This document shows positions 1 through 7,868 of a DNA stretch of 64,000 nt, piece after piece; positions within the stretch are counted from its first letter, which is position 1; the number at the start of each line of letters is the position of its first letter. Source of the stretch: an uncultured delta proteobacterium (GTDB lineage: Bacteria; Myxococcota; Kuafuiibacteriia; Kuafuiibacteriales; Kuafuiibacteriaceae). The position numbers and the translations under genes are program-made. The stretch lies in the NCBI GenBank assembly GCA_963803435.1, contig CAWDML010000003.1, positions 256,001 to 320,000 of the forward strand. The letters are read 5' to 3'. The notes under the pieces are model-generated. The model worked only from the letters and a program-made list of their open reading frames with translations. It made no database searches and was not told where the DNA came from.

Positions 1-907
1 CGATGAAGCGGCGGCGGGCGTCGAACGCCTCGACCATGCGTCCGACCGCGGATTGATCCTGGGTCAGCGCGGCGACGGCGCCCCACTGGGCCGGCGTGCA
101 GGCGTTGGAGGTCGACTGCCCCTGGAGCTTGCTCATGGCCGAGATCAGCGGCTTCGGTCCGACGGCCCAGCCGATGCGGAGGCCGGTCATGGCGTAGGTC
201 TTCGAGCAGCCGTCGACGATCAGCGTTCGAGGCGCGAGATCGGGGGCGACCTCGAGCAGCGTGGGGCACGCGGTCTCGTAAGCGAGGCGGGTGTAGATGT
301 CGTCCGAGATGATGAAGACGTCGGGGTGCCGGCGCAGCACCTCGGCGAGGGCGGCGAGCTGCGCTGCGGAGTAGACCGCGCCGGTGGGGTTCGAGGGGCT
401 GTTGAGCACCAGGACCCGCGTCCTCGGGGTGATGGCGGCTTCGAGCTGGTCGGGACGGGCGCAGAAGCCGTCTCGCTCCTCGGTCTGGACCGTGACGACC
501 TCGCCGCCGGCGAGCCGCACGATGTCGGCGTACGACAGCCAGTACGGCGCGATGACGATGGCCTGGTCGCCCTCCTCGATCAGCGCCATCAGCGCGTTGA
601 AGATCGCCTGCTTCGCGCCCGTGCTGACCACGACGTCCTGCTCGGAGAAGCGGAGCTCACCCTTGCTGCTCGAGGCGGCGATGGCCCGGCGAAGCTCGGG
701 GATGCCGGGCACCGCGGTGTAGTGCGTGTCGCCGCGATCGAGCGACGCCTTCATGGCTTCGAGGACGTGCGGCGGAGGAAGGAAGTCCGGCTCGCCCGCG
801 GTCAGGCTCACCACGTCCTTCCCCGCGGCCGCCATCTCCTTGGCCTTGGCGGCGAGGGTGAGCGTGGCGGACGGCGCGACGGCTGCGAGGCGCTGGGCAA
901 GCTTCAT
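1..907 (-). CDS. PLP-dependent class I/II aminotransferase (aspartate aminotransferase-like), 3' end outside window
   Basis: Manual translation from ATG at 907: MKLAQRLAAVAPSATLTLAAKAKEM...LTAGEPDF...HYTAVPGIPELR...GAKQAI...NSPSNPTG...SDDIY...SKTYAMTGLRIGW. Confidence 0.9.
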   Translation of the reverse strand, partial: MKLAQRLAAVAPSATLTLAAKAKEMAAAGKDVVSLTAGEPDFLPPPHVLEAMKASLDRGDTHYTAVPGIPELRRAIAASSSKGELRFSEQDVVVSTGAKQAIFNALMALIEEGDQAIVIAPYWLSYADIVRLAGGEVVTVQTEERDGFCARPDQLEAAITPRTRVLVLNSPSNPTGAVYSAAQLAALAEVLRRHPDVFIISDDIYTRLAYETACPTLLEVAPDLAPRTLIVDGCSKTYAMTGLRIGWAVGPKPLISAMSKLQGQSTSNACTPAQWGAVAALTQDQSAVGRMVEAFDARRRFI

Positions 908-1458
908 GTTCGGGTCCTTCCGTAGAACGAGAGCGCGGTGTCTCCGTAGCGGCGGTGATCGAACGCGACCAGGCCGTCCGGGGCAAGCGGCGAGGTGTCG
1001 CGTTCGGCGTGCTCGAGGACCAGCCGGCCCTCCTCGGACAGCAGGATCGGCGCGGCGCTCCGGACCGGCTCGAGGAGCGCCTCCGCCTCCGCCCAGGGTG
1101 GATCCGCGAAGATGAGGTCGAAGCGATCGCCCCGATCCTGGAGCACGGAGAGGGCGGTCGCGACGCTCTCGGCCCGGACCTCGACCCGGTCGGCGGCGCC
1201 CAGCGCCTCGATGTTCTCATGGAGGGCGTCCAGCGCGGCCCGCGCCTTCTCGACGAACACGGTGCGGGCAGCGCCACGCGAGATCGCCTCGAGCCCGATC
1301 GCGCCGCTCCCGGCGAACAGGTCGAGCACGGTGAAGCCGGCGACGTCGAAGAGGATCGAGAACAAGGCCTCGCGAACGCGATCCCCGGTGGGACGGGTCC
1401 GCGAGCCTCGGGGCGCCACCAGACGGCGCCCGCGGTGCAGTCCGGCGACGATGCGCAA
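904..1458 (-). CDS. rsmD: 16S rRNA (guanine966-N2)-methyltransferase
   Basis: TTG start; LRIVAGLHRGRRL, TRPTGDRVREALFSIL, LDLFAGSGAIGLEAISRG, FADPPW, RRYGDT. Confidence 0.92.
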   Translation of the reverse strand: MRIVAGLHRGRRLVAPRGSRTRPTGDRVREALFSILFDVAGFTVLDLFAGSGAIGLEAISRGAARTVFVEKARAALDALHENIEALGAADRVEVRAESVATALSVLQDRGDRFDLIFADPPWAEAEALLEPVRSAAPILLSEEGRLVLEHAERDTSPLAPDGLVAFDHRRYGDTALSFYGRTRT

Positions 1459-1468
1459 CGCGGGAGGT

Positions 1469-2167
1469 CTACCGCTTGCGCCGCCGGACGAGCAACAGGA
1501 TCGGGAAGAGCAGCAGCGAGGCCGCGTCCTGTCCCCCGAACGCGGCGCATCCGCCGGCCTCGATCGGGAGCGACGCGGGCGAGCGATTACCAGCCAGATC
1601 CATCGCCACCACCGCAAGCCGCAGGTGCTCACCTTCCGACGCCGGCACCGTGAGCGGGGCGTCGCGCGTGACCGCGACATCGCCGCGGGAGCGCTCGGTC
1701 GCGATCAACAGCGCACCCGGCTCCGGCGCCTCGGCGTCGAGGACGATCGATGCGCTCCGGAGGCAGCTCGCCTCCGGATCCGTCGTCTCGGAGCCTTCGA
1801 GCCTGGGCATGGGCGGCCGGAGGTGGTCCGGTCCGAGATCCGTCTGAAACGCGATCGGATCGAAGCCGGGCGCGGCGATGGCGTACGCGTGCGACGGGTC
1901 GAGCTCGGCCGTGGGACGCAGCTCGACCAGGAGACCGTCCCGGAGCGGCGTGGTCAGCTCGACCGTGTCGATCGGTTGGCCGACGGCCAGATCGACGATC
2001 GCCGGCCGGCCGAGGGCGGGCGCCGAGAGGAACTCGAGGAGCCAGACCGCCGTGTTCGTGGGCGCGACCTCGCCGGCCGTCGGGCCCAGCACGCGGAAGC
2101 GCATCTCCTCCGAGCACCCCACGTAGCCGGGGAGGGCGAGCGTCAGGGCGAGCAGCGGAGGCAACAC
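1469..2167 (-). CDS. Exported protein with MYXO-CTERM-like C-terminal sorting signal
   Basis: N-terminal hydrophobic signal; C-terminus GGCAAFGGQDAASLLLFPILLLVRRRKR (Cys, TM helix, basic tail); start codon uncertain. Confidence 0.65.
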   Translation of the reverse strand: MLPPLLALTLALPGYVGCSEEMRFRVLGPTAGEVAPTNTAVWLLEFLSAPALGRPAIVDLAVGQPIDTVELTTPLRDGLLVELRPTAELDPSHAYAIAAPGFDPIAFQTDLGPDHLRPPMPRLEGSETTDPEASCLRSASIVLDAEAPEPGALLIATERSRGDVAVTRDAPLTVPASEGEHLRLAVVAMDLAGNRSPASLPIEAGGCAAFGGQDAASLLLFPILLLVRRRKR

Positions 2168-2180
2168 CCGCGACCGTGAT

Positions 2181-2196
2181 TGCAACACGTGCGCCA
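2181..2196 (-). promoter_or_regulatory. Putative sigma-54 -24/-12 promoter for the MYXO-CTERM gene
   Basis: Minus strand TGGCGCACGTGTTGCA = TGGC-N7-TTGCA, with correct GG-N10-GC spacing. Confidence 0.55.
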
Positions 2197-2285
2197 AGAT
2201 CACGTTAGAAAACGCACTCGGACGCCAGCGAGGATCCGAGATCAGGGCGTCCCGGGCCGACGGATTTCTGAGCCGCAATGCGTTC

Positions 2286-2298
2286 CAACTCATTGAAA
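2286..2298. promoter_or_regulatory. IHF-like binding site between the divergent sigma-54 promoters
   Basis: Minus strand TTTCAATGAGTTG versus WATCAA-N4-TTR (1 mismatch), in an AT-rich patch. Confidence 0.4.
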
Positions 2299-2315
2299 CA
2301 AAAGGTGATGATCCG

Positions 2316-2331
2316 CGGCGTGTCGCTTGCA
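2316..2331 (+). promoter_or_regulatory. Putative sigma-54 -24/-12 promoter for the porin operon
   Basis: CGGCGTGTCGCTTGCA, GG-N10-GC, about 33 nt upstream of ATG 2364. Confidence 0.5.
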
Positions 2332-2363
2332 GTCGGGGTCCGACGAATTCGGGCGCCGCGGGG

Positions 2364-3411
2364 ATGGGGACTCTACACTCGTTCACGGTGCACCGGACGT
2401 CCTGGTTGGTGTTCGTCATGCTGGCGCTCGGACCTCGTACCGCCCACGCGATCTCGCTGATCCCCACGGGGACCGTCGCGGGGCCCCTCGGGCTCGAGGT
2501 CGCCGGCTCGCTCTTCGCGCAGGGGCGAAGCGTTCACGTCTCCGGGGCCGCCGCTGAGACCCAGCTGGCCCTCACCCGGGCCCGGATCTCGGTCGAGCTC
2601 CGCTGGGAAGATCTCCTCCGCATCCAGATCGAGCCGGACTTCGCCGGCGCCGAGGCCGACCTCGCCGACGTCTTCCTTGAGGTGAGGCCGGTCCACGCGC
2701 TCGGCGTCCTGGTCGGGCGCGCCAAGGTTCCCTATGGGCTCTTCGAGCTCGAGCATCGCTGGCGCCTCCCGTCGATCCGGCGCGGCCTGGTCTCGAGCGT
2801 CGTCGCCGACCGCGTCGGCATCGGCAAGCGGCACCTGGGCGTGACGGCCAGCCTGCGCCTCAAGGATGTGCCGCTCCGCCCGGGCCTCGACGCCGGCGCC
2901 TATCGGGACAGCGTGGACGATGACACCACCGACGCCGCGCTTCGCCTCGAGCTGCGGCCGTACTTCAAGGGCTCGGAGCTCTCGTTCGCCGGCTACGCGC
3001 GCGCCGGGATTCGCGGCGGACGGCGGCTACGGCTATGCAGGCTCGGCGGCCTTCGCCTACGATCACCACGCGCTCTATCTGGCGGTCGAGGGCATGCTCT
3101 TGCGGGGCGCGCTCCTCCAGCGCACGGGCGTGGGCGACCACGACGCGACGCTCTCGGCCGGCCGGCTGCTCATCGCCTACGCGATCCGCCTCCAGGGCTT
3201 CTTCCTCCAGCCCTACCTCGGCCTCGAGATCCTGGACCCGAACGCGCGCACCCGGGACGACCTGGGCGGGGCGGTCCGCGGTGGGCTCAATCTGTACTTC
3301 GCCGGCGTGCTGCGGCTCGCGCTCGAGGTCGATCACCAGCGCGGTCAGATCGCGTTCGTCGAGCCGGATCGGACGATCGTCACGGTCTTCCTGGGGGCGT
3401 ATCTGAGATGA
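2364..3411 (+). CDS. Outer-membrane porin (OprO/OprP-like beta-barrel); one frameshift at ~3010
   Basis: Signal peptide (..TAHA), LTRARI, LADVFLE, VGRAKVPYGLFEL, amphipathic C-terminal strands; removing one T at GATTC 3008-3012 joins the 2364 and 2866 frames. Confidence 0.7.
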
Positions 3412-4034
3412 AGCGGGCCGTCCTCCTCGTCATGTGCTCCGGTCTGGTCGCGGCGTGCGGCTCCGAGCCGCCCGATCTCCCCGACGCGGGCGAGTCGCTC
3501 TTCCCGGTCGCCGTCGGCAATCGCTGGGAGTACCGGGTCGAGGACTCCACCGGTGACGTCACCGCCAAGGTCCAGACGATCACCTCGACCCGCGCGGACG
3601 GCTTCCTCTTCCAGACGGTGCGCGGCGATCGCGAGACCTTCTCGGTCCAGCGCATCGACGCCGAGGGCCGCCTGATCCGCGTGTCCGAGTACTCGACCAA
3701 GATCGGCGTGGTCGTCGAGCGGATCACCTTCGTCCCCTACGACGTGCGCGTCGACGTCGACGAGATCGAGGTCGGCGCCAAATACACTCAGACCTACCTC
3801 GAGGATCACGATCCGCTCGACGGCTTCCCGGACGTCGAAAAGACGCAGACGTTCACGGTCGAGTCGATCGACGATCCGGTGAGCGTTCCCGCCGGATCGT
3901 TCCGCGCGATCCGGATCCGCCGCACCACGGCCGGTGGTCCCGCCAAGACCTACTGGTTCGCGAAGGGCGTGGGGAAGCTGAAGGAGGCCGGAGGTCAGCT
4001 GGAAGAGCTCGTCAGCTCGGAGGTCGCCCCATGA
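3408..4034 (+). CDS. Lipoprotein, beta-sheet-rich, function unknown
   Basis: MKRAVLLVMCSGLVAAC lipobox; FPVAVGNRWEY, VSVPAGSF, YWFAKGVGKLK; ATGA overlap with the porin stop. Confidence 0.8.
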   Translation: MKRAVLLVMCSGLVAACGSEPPDLPDAGESLFPVAVGNRWEYRVEDSTGDVTAKVQTITSTRADGFLFQTVRGDRETFSVQRIDAEGRLIRVSEYSTKIGVVVERITFVPYDVRVDVDEIEVGAKYTQTYLEDHDPLDGFPDVEKTQTFTVESIDDPVSVPAGSFRAIRIRRTTAGGPAKTYWFAKGVGKLKEAGGQLEELVSSEVAP

Positions 4035-6962
4035 GACGCACAGCGTTGGTTTCGCTCTCGCTCTTGCTCGGCTGCAGCGGCGGACCCGACAAGGCCCACC
4101 CCGGCGACGTGTGGATCTCGGAGGTCGCCACTTCGAACCTGGGAGGCGGGCCCGGCACCGCCCGCGACGAGCGCGGGGAGTACGAGGACTGGATCGAGCT
4201 CGAGAACCGGACCGATCGAAGGCTCGATCTGGCCGGCCTGTGGGTCTCCGACTTCGAGGGCAACCCGAGCCGCTACACGCTGCCCGACGAGGGCCCCCTG
4301 GTGATCGAGCCAAAGGCCTTCCTGCTCCTCTATGCCGACGGCGAGACCGACCAGGGGCCGCTCCATCTGCCCTTCAAGCTCTCGAGCGACGGCGAGCCGG
4401 TCCTGATCGGGACGAGCACCGGCGCAGCGATCGATCGGGTCGACGCCCCCAAGATGCGCGCCGGTCAGTCGTACGCGCGGGTCGATGGCGCGCTGGCCGT
4501 CTGTGACACCCCCAGCCCGGGGAGCGCGAACGCGTGCACCGCGCCGCCGCCGCCCACCCGCCACGAGTACGAGCTCTACGATTGGCCGCCGATCTGGCCC
4601 GAGCCGCTGACGACGCCGGTCGTGATCTCCGAGATCGATCCCGGCGCGGGATGGATTCGAGCTCGAGAACCAGAGCGACGCCCCCGTCGATCTGTCCACG
4701 CTCCGCCTGGCCTTCGGCTCCACCGGCGCCCCCGGGCTCCCCGCGCTGTCCCACCCGGTGGCGCTCTCGGGGACGGTCCCGCCCCACAGTCAGGCGAGCT
4801 TCGACGCGCCCGAGCTCGCGCAGAGCGGCCACGTGGCGCTGTTCGGCTCGGACGGCACGGTCTGGGATCGGGAGGTGTACGACGCGATCGCCGCGGGTAC
4901 CGTGCTGGCGCTGCCGCCCGACGGGCGGGGGATCCGGCTGGCGTGCACCAACGCCAGCCGCGACGCCCCCAACCCGGAGTGCACGTTCGCCGAGCGGACG
5001 GGACGCCCCGACGTGCTCCACGTGCTGCGCGCGCCGTCGGACTTCGATGCGATCTCGGAGCACGGAAAGGAGACCACCGCGGGTGCCCGCTCGATCAAGT
5101 TCGTGGTCGATCGGCAGGACGGGAACCAGGTCTACTTCTTCGAGTCGGAGAAGTGGGCGCTCCACTTCGAGTGGATCTGGGAGGCGATCGAGCACAAGGC
5201 GCCTTTCGATCTGTGCGATCCGGCGAGCCGAGCGCTCCACGATCAACAGTGGGTTCAGTTCTCGCAGATCAACTACTTCGCGATCGACCAGAGACGCTTC
5301 TATCTGGGCACCATCCTCTTCTATCCGGAGACGAACCTGTACACGGTCGAGTTCGCGGCGGGTGATCGCATCGCCCCCTGGATGATGCGCGAGGCCTTCT
5401 TCCTGGTGACGGCGCGGCTTCCCCAGGGCCGGGAGTACGCGCTCCGGCCCGTCACGACCCGCCAGGAGACCGCGGCGCTCGAGATCGAAGGGACGCTGCC
5501 GATCATCCCCATCGACCAGCCCTTCGACGGCGTGACCTTCCAGCCCCTCAACCCCGGAGTTGCGTTTGGCGTGCTCGAGCTCGTGAAGGCGGACGAGATC
5601 GACACCGCTCCGGTCTCGTTTCAAACGATCGCGATCCTCGACGAGATCCCGAACGACGTCCCGCCGCTGGGCGGCACCATCACCGAGGCGTTCCAGACCC
5701 CGCTCGCCCACGTGAACGTGCTGGCGCAGAACCGCGGGACGCCGAACATGGCGCTGGTGAACGCCTCGACCGATCCGCGCCTCATGCCGCACCTGGGAGA
5801 GCTGGTCCGCTTCGAGGTGACCGCCAACGGGTTCGACATCCGGTCCGCCACCTCGACCGAGGCCGAGGCCTTCTGGCGGATGCGGCGCGAAGCGACCGGC
5901 ACGTTCGTCCCGCCGGAGGACCTGTCGCCGCACGACCTCGTCGATCTCTCCACGGCCGGCTTCGACGACGTCTCCCGGATCGGCGCCAAGGCGAGCCAGT
6001 ACGCGGAGCTGATGAACCTCGACTGGTTCCGCTCCGCCGGGGGCATCGTCGGGGCTTGCGCGTTCTCGAGGCCCGACGACCACCTGCCCATGCAGCGGCC
6101 GGCCTTCGCCGTACCCTTCAGCCGCTACCGCGAGCACCTGCACGCGCACGGGATCGACGCCAAGATCGACGCGCTCCTGGCCGACGAGGAGGCGCTCGCG
6201 AATCCGGTCCTCCGGCGCGAGAAGCTCGACGAGATCCGCACGCTGATCCGCGACGCGCCGGTGGATCCTGCGCTCCTCTCGGAGCTCGACGGCCTGATCC
6301 GGCAGAACTTCGGCCACGACCGCGTGCGCTTCCGCAGTAGCACGAACGTCGAAGATCTGGCGGGCTTCAACGGCGCCGGTCTCTACACGTCGGCCTCCGG
6401 CCAGGTGGACTCCGACGTCCGTGCGATCGAGGACGCGCTCCGAACCGTCTGGGCGAGCGCATGGAGCTTCCGGGGGTTCGAGGAGCGCGCGCTGTTCGGC
6501 GTCGATCAGCACCACGTCGACATGGGCGTGCTGATCCACCGTGGCTATCCCAGCGAGGAGGCCAACGGCGTCGCCATCAGCCGCAACGTCGTCGATCCTG
6601 GCGGGTTCGGGTACTACATCAACGCGCAGGTCGGTGAGATCAGCGTGGTCAACCCGGTCAGCGGCGATCTGCCGGAGCAGATCCTGTACAAGGCCTACAC
6701 GCCGCCCGAGGTGGTGGTCCTGGCGCGCTCGACCGCCACCGGCGGTGCGCCGGTGCTCCAGGAGGCCGAGATCCATCGCCTGGGCTGCATCCTCCAGGGG
6801 ATCCACAACCACTTCCGGGACCACTACCGCGATGCGATCCCGCCGGAGCGTTTCGCGGCCGACGTGGAGTTCAAGGTCGATGGCCCGGATCGGAGCGTCT
6901 ACGTGAAGCAGGCGAGGCCGTGGATCGAGCACCGGCCGGTCTCGGCCTGCCCGGAGCGCTGA
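4031..6962 (+). CDS. Lipoprotein: two lamin-tail domains + phospho-His swivel + ATP-grasp (PEP/pyruvate-binding type) dikinase; one frameshift at ~4656
   Basis: LLLGC lipobox; ISEVATSN..DWIELEN and ISEI..WIELEN; LAHVNVLAQNRG; GAKASQY; RFRSSTNVEDLAGFNGAGLYTS; DVEF..VKQARP. Confidence 0.8.
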
Positions 6963-6965
6963 GGC

Positions 6966-7784
6966 TCAGCCGATCCGGTACGCCGCCGGCCGCTCGTGCG
7001 AGAGGCAAGGCAGCTTGCGCCGGAAGCCGTGCACGTGCCCGAGGTCGATCTCGGCCACCGCCACGCTCGGCCGATCGGGGCAGACCGCCAGCACCGTGCC
7101 CCAGGGATCGATGATCATCGACCGGCCGAACGTCGCGCGCGCGGGCGTGTTCTGTCCCACCTGACCCGCCGCCAGGACGAACGACTGGTTCTCGATGGCC
7201 CGGGCCCGCAGGAGGACCTCCCAGTGGTCCCGGCCGGTGGGCACGGTGAACGCGGACGGCACGGTCAGAATCTCGGCGCCGGCCCGGAAATACGTGCGGT
7301 AGAGGTCCGGGAACCGAAGATCGTAACAGACGGTCATCCCGATCTTGCCCAGCTCGGTCTCCGCGAGAGTGCCGGCCTCCCCGGGCTCGACGTGCTCCGA
7401 CTCGAGGTGGGTGGCGCCCGGCCCGAGCGCCACGTCGAACAGGTGGATCTTCCGGTACACCGCCGCCCGCCGGCCCTCCGGATCGAACAGCACCGAGGTG
7501 TTGTAGGTGCGATCGTGGCCGGCGATCTCGGGCATGGTCCCAGCGACCAGCCAGATCCCGTGCTGCTTCGCCGCCTCGCCCATGCGCGCGAACGTGGGAC
7601 CGTCCACCGGCTCGGCCAGCCGGCGCTTCTCCATCTCCGTGCCCATGTAGTTGACGTTCTCGGGCAGGACCACCAGGCGTGCGCCCCGTCCGGCGGCCTG
7701 ATCGATCCCTTCGAGCGCGCGCGCGAGCGAAGCCTTGGCGTCCTCCGTGGTGGTGAGCTGGACGACGGCGGCGAGGAAGCTCAT
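6966..7784 (-). CDS. Carbon-nitrogen hydrolase (Nit1/deaminated glutathione amidase-like)
   Basis: VLPEN, YRKIHLFDV, VCYDLRFP, HWEVLLRARAIENQ, GRSMIIDPWG. Confidence 0.92.
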   Translation of the reverse strand: MSFLAAVVQLTTTEDAKASLARALEGIDQAAGRGARLVVLPENVNYMGTEMEKRRLAEPVDGPTFARMGEAAKQHGIWLVAGTMPEIAGHDRTYNTSVLFDPEGRRAAVYRKIHLFDVALGPGATHLESEHVEPGEAGTLAETELGKIGMTVCYDLRFPDLYRTYFRAGAEILTVPSAFTVPTGRDHWEVLLRARAIENQSFVLAAGQVGQNTPARATFGRSMIIDPWGTVLAVCPDRPSVAVAEIDLGHVHGFRRKLPCLSHERPAAYRIG

Positions 7785-7868
7785 ATCCCTTGCATACAAG
7801 AACTTTCAGGGGGAGACAGCAATCTAATGGCACAGGACGCGCTTTCAGGTAGGGTGGCGGGCTCCAAC

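Noticed and set aside
2364-4034. Single 556-aa porin-lipoprotein fusion as given in the ORF track
   Set aside because: Artefact of the 3010 frameshift; the porin ends at 3411 and the lipoprotein has its own start and lipobox at 3408.
6996-7868. 290-aa N-terminal extension of IleRS
   Set aside because: Overlaps the nitrilase gene on the opposite strand; the IleRS-like sequence begins at ATG 7869.
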